From contig OX597821.1 of NCBI GenBank assembly GCA_951406725.2, positions 115,568,001-115,632,000 on the forward strand: a stretch of 64,000 nucleotides of DNA, written 5' to 3'. A program made the translations under genes and the position numbers. Numbering within the stretch: position 1 is the first letter of the stretch; each line of letters begins with the position of its first letter. The notes under the pieces are model-generated. The model did no database searches. It had not been told where the DNA came from and was given only the letters and a program-made list of their open reading frames with translations. The stretch is from Octopus vulgaris. Its lineage: Eukaryota. This document shows positions 1 through 10,509 of the stretch, piece by piece.

Positions 1-274
1 CCCATGCTAGCACAGAAAACGGACGTTAAATGATGATGATGATGACTTTCATTTAATATTTACAGTACATTTACAAGTCAAAAGAAAACTGTTGTAGAGG
101 ATTACGTCATAAAATTTATATCACTAATCCTTCCATACTAAGCTACTAGAGTTTGACACAATTCAAAATAGTCTTGTTGGAATTAGATATGCACATGGCA
201 TAAAAATAACCAATATCTCAAAGGAGTGAGTATTGTGGAAATGGTTGTCACTCATTTCCACGACACTTCACCAC

Positions 275-700
275 CTCAGCCTAGGTCTTCCTGGGTCTAC
301 CTCTTCCACAAGTTCCCTCAACCGCTAGGGTGTAGCACTTTTTCATACAGTTATACACATCCATTCTCACCATGTGACCATACCAGCGCAGTCGTCTCTC
401 TTGCACACCACATCTGATGCTTCTTAGGTCCAACTTTTCTCTCAAGGCACTTATACTCTGTCGAGTATGCACACTAACATTACACACAGTGGAACATACT
501 GGCTTCATTCCTTGCAAGCTTACGCATGTCCTCAGCAATCACAGCCCATGTTTCACTGCCATGTAGCATGGCTGTTCGTACACATGCATCATACAGTCTA
601 CCTTTTACTCTGAGTGAGAGGCCCTTTGTCACCAGCAGAAGTAGGAGCTCTCTGAACTTTGCCCAGGCTATTCATATTCTAGTAGCTACACTTTCAGAGC
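275..700 (-). mobile_element. RTE-clade LINE RT fragment
   Basis: RCGVQERRLRWYGHMVRM...GRGRPRKT. Confidence 0.85.
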
Positions 701-1549
701 ACCATTCCATGTAAGAATTGAAAAGCAAAAGTAAAATGATGTTGATAATGGTACACAATAACTGGGTAATGACAACCTTTATTATGAAAAAGCAAAAAGG
801 GGATCTTTTATCTATGACTCATTTCAGTCATTGAACTGTAGCCATACTGGGGACCACCTTGAAAGGTTTAATCAAACAAATCCCAGTTCTTATTCTATTG
901 GTCTCTTTTGTCAAACTACTATGTTACAAGAACATGAACAAACCAGCACCTGTTGTCACATGGTGGGTGAAGGCAAACAAAAATACACACATAGATGTAT
1001 ACACATACGACAGGCTTCTTTTATTTTCTTTCTACCAAACCCATTCACAAGGCTTTGGTCAGCCAGGTGCTATAGTGGAACACTTGCCTAAGGTGCCTTG
1101 CATTAGGGTTGAACTCAGAGCCATGTGTTTGGGAAGCAAAATTCTTACAACCCACCCACATCTGAACCTATGTTGTGGATAGAGATTCTGGAAATCTTTT
1201 GTATTGAGTAAATTGGACTGCAAAACATGGCTTTCGCTTCTTATTACTTGGCTACCAACTGGAGAGACTGCAAAATGCATTCATGCAACAAATAACCTCA
1301 GTGAGAAACCTGAGTGCCCTTACAAAGATTGTTTCAAAGACTTCTAAGATGCTTATACCTTTCTAGCAATGCATATCAGTACCAAAACTGATGATAGCTG
1401 CATAGTCTTTAGTAATTCTAGTTGTCACATATACAAGAGCCTCTACATGGTCGCTCACCTGTTAGAAATAGCAGTCAAAATCTTAAATCACTCTACTACC
1501 TTAAAAATGAAAGTACACCTTTGATACTGTAATCCTAGATACATACCTA

Positions 1550-1950
1550 TTTCTTTATTGCCCACAAGGGGCTAAACACAGAGAGGACAAACGGATTAAG
1601 TCAGTTATATCGACCCCAGTGCGTAACTGGTACTTAATTTATCAACCCCAAAAGGATGAAAGGCAAAGTTGACCTCGGCGGAATTTGAACTCAGTACGTA
1701 ACGGCAGACGAAAAATACCTATTTCTTTACTACCCACAAGGGGCTAAACACAGAGAGGACAAACAAGGACAGACAAACGGATTAAGTCGATTATATTGAC
1801 CCTAGTGCGTAACTGGTACTTATTTAATCGACCCCGAAAGGATGAAAGGCATAGTCGACCTCGGCGGAATTTGAACTCAGTACATAGCGGCTGACGAAAT
1901 GCCACTAAGCATTTCGTCCGGCGTGCTACCAATTCTGCCAGCTCACCGCC
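1550..1950 (-). mobile_element. Same SINE family, tandem dimer
   Basis: Reverse complement of the 6046-6455 units. Confidence 0.85.
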
Positions 1951-3156
1951 TTGATACATACCATCTGAACAAAACAAAGACAGGATGATCACAGCTGGAA
2001 TGCCTTTGGTCATAGAGAAGTCTGCTTTGCAACAGAAAAACTGTTCCCTTTGACATACATGGGTGATCCCAAAATAACAAAACATTCAGTTCATAAAGCT
2101 GTGATGGCTAAAACAAACTATAGCACAATTTCACTTCAACGAACGGTCGTCTCTGTTTTATATTCAATGCCGTCATCCATTTGGGGAAGTGATGGGTAAA
2201 TCTATGTGATTTAGGAAATAATATTTTTATTGTTAAAGTTGCTATTTGGGCTAAAACTAACACAAACCCAGTAGTGGTTTCGTTTGCAATCTTGAGAATA
2301 GGATATTACTTTTGTACACTTAAGTCTATATGAGGAACAAAAGAAAAAAAGATTTTTTAAATTCTATCTTGATAAATGAGTTATTTCCCTTAGATAAAAA
2401 AAAAAAAGGCTTAAGCTTTTTGGATAGAAAGCATAACATTCTTAAGAATATTTCTACATAATGTAAATTATTCAGTGAGACATTTTACTCGGGGAAATCA
2501 ATATTATTAACCAAGCTGCCTCATATTTTATCTTTTAAAAAAATCAACTTTAATCATTATGAACATTGTTATCTTTTAAGTTTAAAGTATTTTGAGGAAT
2601 TGCTTCTGAAAATTAGAGCTAGAGACCAATTCCACAAAAGAAGACATTTCTAGAGTATTAGATAAATTTTATTTCAGAAAAATACATTTGTCATTATTTC
2701 AGAATCCTGGCAATAATGAATTGTGCAAGAAATTATAGCAATAGTGTTTAGGGTAAAATAAATTTTTCAATTTAATCGCCAATCAAAGTGAATCTATGAA
2801 AAAAGTTTCCCAATTACATACTGACTGTAAATGAAAGCATTTCTAATTATATCTGCACCAACATGTATTCTTCAAGTAAATTTTTCTTAATAAATAGCTT
2901 TTTCATTCATTTAAAAATATTTTCTAGAATACAAAACAAAACAGGTTACATTTCCCACAACACACACATGCATACATATATATATATATATACATATGCA
3001 TACATACATATATATATGCATACATACACATACATATATGCAAACATACATATATATGCATGCATACATATATGGGTAATATTGATATTTAAATATCAAT
3101 ATTATCAAGTGGCCAGCATGGGAATAAATACCATACAAAGGTAATAATTTTTTACA

Positions 3157-3357
3157 ACTAAAAATAAAGGTGTCTGAGAGACACCACCATGCCGAAAAAG
3201 CAGTCAAATACCTGACTCTAGAAACCACCTTAAATGGTCATATTGCACCATGAGAAAAGACATGGTGCGATATGAACATTTAAGGTGGTTCTTAGAGTCA
3301 GGTATTTGACTGCTATTTCGGCATGGTGGTGTCTCTCAGACACCCTTATTTTTAGTT
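3157..3357. repeat. Long near-perfect inverted repeat (about 96-bp arms, 8-nt spacer)
   Basis: ggtgtctgagagacaccaccatgccgaaa...gcaccatg agaaaaga catggtgc...tttcggcatggtggtgtctctcagacacc, next to (TA)n. Confidence 0.9.
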
Positions 3358-3771
3358 TTATATATATATATATATACACATAAAATATATAAAATATATA
3401 ATATATATATATATATAATTTATATGTATATGCACAGATTATATATGTGGAGGAAGAAGATGAAGATATCAATATAGCATTGATTCAATTACTAGTTACA
3501 AATGTTTCAGCATCATTTTGCTTCAAACCTCATTACATACATTTGTGCACAATACAAATGACTATGCACAATAAATTACATCAGGGCATTATCTGCATAC
3601 TTAGATATATTATGTGTGTGTGTGTATTATGTTATTAAATTAAATTAAGGGACGAAATCTCAATAGACCGTAATTGTATAGTTGACAATAAGTAATTCTA
3701 AAGTTGCAGAGGTACCTCACTGGTTATCCAAAACCATTTAACAGCAATTATTTGTCAGTTTAATGAGAATG

Positions 3772-4279
3772 TTATAACAGGTTTATACACGAACTAAAGA
3801 AAAGGTAAAGAGCAGTCAGATGAAGAGGTGTGACAACAGGCTGGTCCCCCACTTCACTTGGTTTCCTCGTCACATACTGAAAAGTGTATATTTTTTAATG
3901 AAATTTTGCAGATATATATTTCTGGGGATGTAGACAACAATTCTACTGATAAAATTTGAATAAACAAAAATTTAGAAGTTTCAGATCGTTGATCTGCTCC
4001 ATTTCCTCTCTCGTCTTTGTTATTACCAATTTCTGTAGCAACTTGCACTGTTTACCTTTCTGAATGGTTGGACACAAGTCCACATTCGATAACCAACACT
4101 TTCGAAATAAAATATCTGCAAAACGTCAATTTAAAAATATCCATTTTAATGGAAGTCATAAGTAAACAAATCGGCAGTTGGAAGAATAATCCAAAACCCC
4201 TTCAAGAAGAATTGTTCTTTTTTTTACGATATTACCATAATTATCGCCCCATCAACATATTGTTGATTACCTTAGGCAT
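3772..4279 (-). CDS. Candidate spliced microprotein gene (unidentified)
   Basis: Exon 4279-4271 (ATG CCT AAG / gtaatc), exon 4115-4056 (ttttgcag / IFYFESVGYRMWTCVQPFRK / gtaaac) and exon 3876-3772 (ttttcag / YVTRK...CINLL*), all phase 0. An alternative phase-0 last exon is 2201-2136. No homology recognised. Confidence 0.35.
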
Positions 4280-4580
4280 TTTAGACAAAAGACAAAAAAA
4301 GGCCCCTTGACCGGGACGTGAACTACGTACGTACAGTTTACCTTTATAGCATTTATAATATCGATTATATTCATCTTAAGTCCTTTGCAATAATTACGTT
4401 TTTCACTTAATGAAGCATAAGTGTATACCGAATACAAAACGGTAGGTAAATTATACATTTTGGCAACATAAAAAATAGCATTATTAATGGAAGCTATGCG
4501 ATGTCAAAGTTGGTTATACATTGTTTCATGCCAGCCAACATATACAGAGCATCAGGCATTTGTTCATATGGTCCTTTATT

Positions 4581-5918
4581 TTACTGGATTTGTCCGAGTT
4601 GAGCGTAAATTGTATGTTCTAACAAAACGGTTTGCACCTCTTCTTTTTCGCTCGGGAGACCGAGAGTAACGTTTTTATAAGAATGGCGCATAACAAATGC
4701 GACCCTTACCTCACCTCCAGAAATTACAGGTGTAACACCAATATTGAAGATAATTTTGTTCAGCTTCCGAGACACAATGACTGCTGGATCATCATCGAAC
4801 GCATTCTCAAGAGAAGTGCTACCTTCGTACAATGCATCTTCATCGCGTCGTGCCAAAGCAATCTTCTTTTTAGGCAGGTCCACTTTGGCAGTTGAAAACA
4901 GATCTTCGCCTTGGACAGGACTAAATTCAATATCCATATTGTAAATAGCAGGGTTTGATAAGGTCAGGGTAATTTTTTTCTCTTTCTTTGGAGAAAATAC
5001 ATTATAGTTAGAGATTCGAAGCTCTGGTACATGATACATGGCAGTTGATTGAATTTTAAATTTGGTCGAAGCAGAGTTGTAGTCAGGTTTGATGAGATTA
5101 TGATCACATTTCTTACACCTGACAGACTTCCTCACTTGTAAATGCTTGTGTCTGGGATACATATTATTCACCTGGACTGGTTGGAATTCTGGTGATGACA
5201 GCCTTTGGTCGATAGTAGTAATTTTGTTCAGCTGAATCGGAGTGGAAAATATTTCATCGTCAAGTTCGGGGAATTCAGTGACCATTTCGGCAGGTTCGAT
5301 CTCTAGAACCGTCGTGTCATCATCGTGTAAGGCTGCCGAGGGACTGTTCAAGGCCTTGCGTTTCAGAGCTACGGTCGCCAAACTGAATTTATCGGTATAA
5401 TAAATATGACCGCGCCTCTTGATGAATTTCTCACGTTCTTTTTCAGAGTTCTCTTTCAGTGAAAGCTTTTTATAGTATTCTAAAAGCATAGTGACTCTAT
5501 CAAGATGCGGGCTTTCCAGATCTTGCCAGCCTCCCGTAGCAACAGGTTTGTCACCAATACCAATATCTCTGGTAGTCCAACGGCAAAATCCACAAGCTAA
5601 ATAGTACATCTTTTTCGGGATATTCTTCGTCGGATCCTCTGGGTTGACAATAAAAGTGTTCGTAGCTCGAGTAGACAAGAGATGGCCACAGCTGGGGCAA
5701 TCAAAACAACTCCCACATCGATTTTTACGAAGCTTGGCTTCTGTTGAAGGTAGATTTTCAAGACAACAGGGGCAAAAGTGGGAATCCACTTCATGTAGAA
5801 GACAATCACCACATCGCAGCTTAAAACAATGTCGACATAGATAAAGCCAACAAATTGGATGTTTCTTGCCACAATCGCAAAGGTATTTCACCTTATCGAT
5901 GTCACGATACGTCGCCAT
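4581..5918 (-). CDS. DCTN4: Dynactin subunit 4 (p62), single-exon CDS, 445 aa
   Basis: Uninterrupted ORF. The true ATG is taken as 5918 (MATYRDIDKVKYLCDCG); the ORF-track start at 6029 is a TTG. Dynactin p62 motifs: HEVDSHFCPCCLENLPSTEAKLRKNRCGSCFDCPSCGHLLSTRAT, YYLACGFCRWTTRD, KHLQVRKSVRCKKCDHNLIKPDYN. AATAAA follows the TAA directly. Confidence 0.96.
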   Translation of the reverse strand: MATYRDIDKVKYLCDCGKKHPICWLYLCRHCFKLRCGDCLLHEVDSHFCPCCLENLPSTEAKLRKNRCGSCFDCPSCGHLLSTRATNTFIVNPEDPTKNIPKKMYYLACGFCRWTTRDIGIGDKPVATGGWQDLESPHLDRVTMLLEYYKKLSLKENSEKEREKFIKRRGHIYYTDKFSLATVALKRKALNSPSAALHDDDTTVLEIEPAEMVTEFPELDDEIFSTPIQLNKITTIDQRLSSPEFQPVQVNNMYPRHKHLQVRKSVRCKKCDHNLIKPDYNSASTKFKIQSTAMYHVPELRISNYNVFSPKKEKKITLTLSNPAIYNMDIEFSPVQGEDLFSTAKVDLPKKKIALARRDEDALYEGSTSLENAFDDDPAVIVSRKLNKIIFNIGVTPVISGGEVRVAFVMRHSYKNVTLGLPSEKEEVQTVLLEHTIYAQLGQIQ

Positions 5919-6040
5919 CGCAGCAACCGGAAACGATAGCGATGCTAACGTCTCGTCTTTTCTCGATACGTTCTCGTTTAATGACGTTTCGTACCCACCT
6001 TCCCATCTCAAGTATCGTTGGTCTTTCAATCGTTTCTAGG
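5919..6040 (-). promoter_or_regulatory. CpG-rich DCTN4 5' UTR / proximal promoter
   Basis: Dense CpG, an ETS-like TTCCGG just upstream of the ATG, a TGACG half-site, and no polypyrimidine acceptor. Confidence 0.4.
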
Positions 6041-6045
6041 CTTCT

Positions 6046-6455
6046 GGCGAGCTGGCAGAAACGTTAGCACGCCGGGCGGAATGCGTAGACGTATTTCGTC
6101 TGTCGTTACGTTCTGAGTTCAAATTCAGCCGAGGTCGACTTTGCCTTTCATCCTTTCGGAGTCGATAAATTTAGTACCAGTTACGCACTGGAGTCAATGT
6201 AATCGACTTAATCCTTTTGTCTGTCCTTGTTTGTCCCCTCTGTATTTAGCCCCTTGTGGGTAGTAAAGAAATAGGTATTTCGTCCGCCGCTACGTTCTGA
6301 GTTCAAATTCCGCCAAGGTCGACTTTGCCTTTCATCCTTTCGGGGTCGATAAATTAAGTACCAGTCACGGACTGGGGTCGATGTAATCGACTTAATCCCT
6401 TTGTCTGTCCTTATTTGTCCCCTCTGTGTTTAGCCCTTGTGGGCAGTAAAGAAAT
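6046..6455 (+). mobile_element. tRNA-derived SINE (Meta-domain-like core), tandem dimer
   Basis: ggcgagctggcagaaacgttagc head, gagttcaaattc B-box, and gcctttcatcctttcggggtcgataaa core twice. Other copies at about 1550-1950(-), 21650-21825(-), 24404-24515(-), 26620-27286(+), 35490-35570(+) and 61895-62112(-). Confidence 0.85.
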
Positions 6456-6640
6456 ATATATTAATTTGCAGTAGCTGTCGACTATGTATGCAGTATAAAA
6501 TAATGGTTTATAATTTAGGCACAAGGCTAGCAATTTTCAGGAGTATGGAAGGAGGTTAGTCGATACTAACCCCAGGTGGAAAAGAAGAAGAGAGAGCTGG
6601 TGAAGAATGTCCAGGTGTACCCTCAAGTTGCAGGAAGGTG

Positions 6641-6683
<43 letters not shown>

Positions 6684-6731
6684 ATGTGTGTGTGTACGTG
6701 TACATAAGAGTTATGGAATGGAGTAAATAAG

Positions 6732-6825
6732 ATCCGGGCTACATATGTTTCATAGTGAGTGGAACTTCAGAAGTGGTAAAATCCAAGTGAGGTGTATACT
6801 GCCAGCTACTCTTCAGGCCAAGGAT
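6732..6825 (-). ncRNA. Type I hammerhead ribozyme motif
   Basis: Minus strand: atcc-tt-GGC CTGAAGA GTAG...CTAT GAAA CATATG TA GCC-c-ggat. The core is intact, stem III is palindromic and the cleavage triplet is GUA. Confidence 0.72.
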
Positions 6826-7084
6826 ATTTCCATTCTGTAATTCTTATATTCTTACTCACACACTTGGTAACCTTGGTTGCCTACTATGGAATATAAAAAG
6901 AACTTTTTTCAGCTTATCATTCTTCGATATGAAACAATCTACAACCTTCCGTCTCAGTAATCCACTAGTGTCCCTGAAAGTTATTTTTTGATATTTACTA
7001 CAGATTGCTTGAAGCTAACTTTCTTCCCACACCTCGATCCCTGGATCTTACATACATTTATATACACACACACACACATATATA

Positions 7085-7340
7085 CAAATTAGAAAAAAAA
7101 CACCTTTTATCAATTCAAAATGAACAATTAAATTACACCATCTAGAAAATTACATATAATAGAAATATTAAAATTAAAATAATAAAATATCAATGATTAA
7201 GTAAATTGCAAAACAAAAAATAATAAAAATGTATGTAATTGGTAGAATAATGACATGTGTTTCGTGGCTATATTTAAGAAATGATTATAGTAAAAATTCT
7301 AGATGGTGTAATTTAATTGTTGATTTTGAATTGATAAAAG
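7085..7340. repeat. Inverted-repeat (fold-back) element between (TA)n tracts
   Basis: Arms caccttttatcaattcaaaa...aattaaattacaccatctagaa and ttctagatggtgtaatttaatt...ttttgaattgataaaaggtg. Confidence 0.8.
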
Positions 7341-7469
7341 GTGGTTTATTCTAATTTTATATATATATATATATTATATTGTGTGAAATTTGATTTAGTA
7401 TTTCTAAATTGAATTTTTTTCCCTGTAAGTTAGGATTAATATTCCCTCAAATAATTATTATATATATAT

Positions 7470-8085
7470 ATAACACAAAGTAAGTTAGGAGTTATGGATG
7501 TAACCCACTAAGGGATAGTATTTATCCAATATACTGTTGGTAAAGTACCCAGATTCTTAATACATAAATGCTTTTAATTGCAATGCAATTAACTTATTTA
7601 TTGTATTAAATGGGTGAAGGTAAAGAAATATTTTTACCGTTAATTCATAATACAAATAAGAAAATGGAGAAAGAAATTTAGTTTGTTCATCAACTTTCAG
7701 ATATTAGAATGTTGAATTATTTATTTATTTAACAAAATGAGAACCTTAATAGTATACATATATATCTCATAATTCAATACGTATAAGATAAGAATACAAA
7801 TTATAAAAATCATGATATAAATTATTGAAATCATTAAAATCACTTCTTACAGCTGTTTCAGCCTATGGTTAAAAGTAGTTATTTTTATTTTTATTGCCTA
7901 TAATTGTCAATATATTGAGGTTATAGGCATTTAAAAATAGGGTACTTATATATATAACCATAGGCTTCGTCAGAGGTTATAAAGAACTTTAAAAATATTA
8001 ATATTAATACATGAAACATGATACACGTATTATTTAATATATATAAAGAAATATGAACAACTATCCATAGAAACATATACATATA
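7470..8085 (-). mobile_element. AT-rich non-autonomous hammerhead-bearing element between (TA)n tracts (Penelope-like pLTR or retrozyme type)
   Basis: About 7650-8080 aligns by eye with about 63070-63460 in the opposite orientation. It is bounded by TA repeats and has no ORF. Confidence 0.55.
7841..7980 (-). ncRNA. Type I hammerhead ribozyme motif with long stem II
   Basis: Minus strand: CTGACGA (7973-7967), perfect 12-bp stem II AGCCTATGGTTA/TAACCATAGGCT, then GAAA CAGCTG TA. Stem I is weak. Confidence 0.7.
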
Positions 8086-8094
8086 TAGAGGCCT

Positions 8095-8251
8095 AGGAGT
8101 GGCTGTGTGGTAAGTAGCTTGCTTACGAACCACATGGCTCCGGGTTCAGTCTCACTGCATGGCACCTTGGGCAAGTGCCTTCTGCTATAGCCTCGGGCTG
8201 ACCAAAGCCTTGTGAGTGGATTTGGTAGAAGGAAACTGAAAGAAGCCTATC

Positions 8252-8309
<58 letters not shown>

Positions 8310-8510
8310 GTGTGTGTGTTTCTGTGTCTGTGTTTGTCTCCCCAACATCGCTTGACAACCGATGCTGGTGTGTTTACACCCCTGTAACTTAGTGGTTCGG
8401 CAAAAGAGACCGATAGAATAAGTCCTGGGGTCGATTTGCTCAACTAAAGGTGGTGCTCCAGCATGGCCACAGTCAAATGACTGAAACAAGTAAAAGAGTA
8501 AAAAGAGAGT
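8095..8510 (+). mobile_element. tRNA-derived SINE with internal microsatellite
   Basis: ggagtggctgtgtggtaag...gggttcagt...ccttgggcaag, internal (TA)n(TG)n, tail gactgaaacaagtaaaagag. Other copies at about 820-1150(-), 12190-13935(+), 26648-27078(+) and 49215-49605(-). Confidence 0.85.
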
Positions 8511-8699
8511 AAAGAGTATATACATATATACACATATACATACATAAGCAGAGAGTATATACTTTTACATGTGTAAAAATACATAAGTAAACACAATTAA
8601 ACAATAGGTCCACGTAAATAGACCATACGTCATATACATATATATACATATACTGGAACATATAAACACGTCTATGCTTATGACCACATAAATAATAAT

Positions 8700-9032
8700 C
8701 AATTATTAATATTATTGTTATCTTTTTTTCTTCTTCTTTTAAATTTGCTTCCATTTCTTGCCGAGTGTCTTCCCGACTCCTAGGGCAAAGAAACTCATAG
8801 TATACATTGGTAGGCCATTAAACTAGACTCAATAGTTCGTTCATTTTTTTTTTTTTAAAAGTTAAATTAAAATACATGGGTAGTAATAGTTCTCACATCG
8901 ACAATGCTCTTCTCAATACGTGTGATGTACCAGTTAAGACAATCTTTTGCACTTCTTGCAGGGATGGTAAGCCAGGGATCATTCTCATATAATTTTCGGT
9001 TCCCTTCTTGATCATTATTAATATTATTATTA

Positions 9033-9063
<31 letters not shown>

Positions 9064-9065
9064 GT
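8700..9065 (-). mobile_element. Dong/R4-clade non-LTR retrotransposon 3' end in a (TAA)n tract
   Basis: MIKKGTENYMRMIPGLPSLQEVQKIVLTGTSHVLRRALSM* resembles the C-terminus after the restriction-like endonuclease. A short 3' UTR follows, and TAA repeats flank both sides. Confidence 0.7.
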
Positions 9066-9205
9066 TTATCAATAATAACAATATTATTAAATTTATAGTA
9101 ATCTTCACTTGACAATACATCTTATAATAGATTCTAACATATCAAATATTACGATACAAGATAAACAATCCACAATCCATACAAATAAATATATATATAC
9201 ATACT

Positions 9206-9263
<58 letters not shown>

Positions 9264-9418
9264 TATATGTATACAAATATACATGCATATAAACTTATAA
9301 AAAACATACAGTTAGACTATAATTTTCAGTATATAGTTCCTCTTAATACAAACAAGTTCAAGCGTAATATCCATATAAGGATTTTTTTCTTTTCATCAAA
9401 GTTGAAGTTAAAATCATA

Positions 9419-9454
<36 letters not shown>

Positions 9455-10509
9455 AAAAGCACCCACTACACTCACGGAGTGGTTGGCGTTAGGAAGGGCA
9501 TCCAGCTGTAGAAACATTGCCAGATAAGACCGGAGCCTGGTGCAGCCTTCTGGCTTCCCAGATCCCCGGTCGAACCGTCCAACCCATGCTAGCATGGAGA
9601 ATGGACGTTAAACGATGATGATGATGATACATAGAATTGCCAACCAGGTGTGGCGTCCTATACGGGACAGTGCTACTGGCGTTTATAGCCCCAGGAAGAC
9701 ATCTCTTCCAGCTGGCTAACAACACACATTCTGTGTCCGATTAGTATTTGCAAGTGGTGGTCATTGCTCCCATCCCTAGCCTTATCTGATTACACATGGA
9801 CTCAAGTTTCTGGGTGGTTACCTGTCCTCAGCATGTGTTAATCACCAGCTAGTGATGAAAACTCACCCCACTCGCAAAATACTGTATGCTTTTTCCAGTG
9901 ACGAACCGTCGCTGATCTCGAAAAAGGAGAAATAAGCTATATTAAATCTCTGAGCCAGATGTAAACAGTAGCAATACGGAATTGTAACATATAATCACCA
10001 ACCAAGTGTAGCGTTCTATATGGGACAGTGCTACTGGCATTTATAGTCCCAGGAAGACATCTCTTCCAGCTGTTCCCCTCACAAATACTAATCAGACACA
10101 GAATGTGTGTCATTAGCCAGGTAAAGCATAATAACCTACTTTCAAACAAAAATGATTCTGTTAGAAGCCATTGTAAGCTAATAGAGATGAAGCTAGCTTA
10201 AATGAAAATATACAGTCCATTATGAAGCAGAGTAGTGGCTGATGTCATCCAGATATTCGAGGAGCGAAATTAGTATAAATGAACTAGGCTGTTCAGTGGG
10301 TGACAAGTCGAGAGCTAATATAACTACAGTTAGCTGCATGAAGTTGGTGGTGAAAAACCCAAAAGCTGTTTCATGATGAAAGAAGAAATATTGCTGCTGT
10401 GCCATCTTTTCATCAACTGCTTAAAACTCCACCGCTTCTCTCCTTGGGCAGAGACTTGCTTTTGCATTCCTATGCAGCCAACCCTGATTGGATGGAGTAT
10501 GCCATAACA

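Noticed and set aside
2084-2180. C/D-box snoRNA on the minus strand (TGGATGA...CTGA)
   Set aside because: The C box is imperfect, there is no convincing terminal stem or rRNA guide, and the region overlaps a candidate coding exon.
3854-4048. 64-aa ORF MQVATEIG...
   Set aside because: GTG start, no homology, and it lies mostly inside a predicted intron.
5919-6029. 37-aa N-terminal extension of DCTN4 in the ORF track
   Set aside because: It starts at TTG; p62 similarity begins at the ATG at 5918.
9320-9402. Additional hammerhead (minus strand TTGATGA...GAAA...GTC)
   Set aside because: The core is mutated and no stem II can form.
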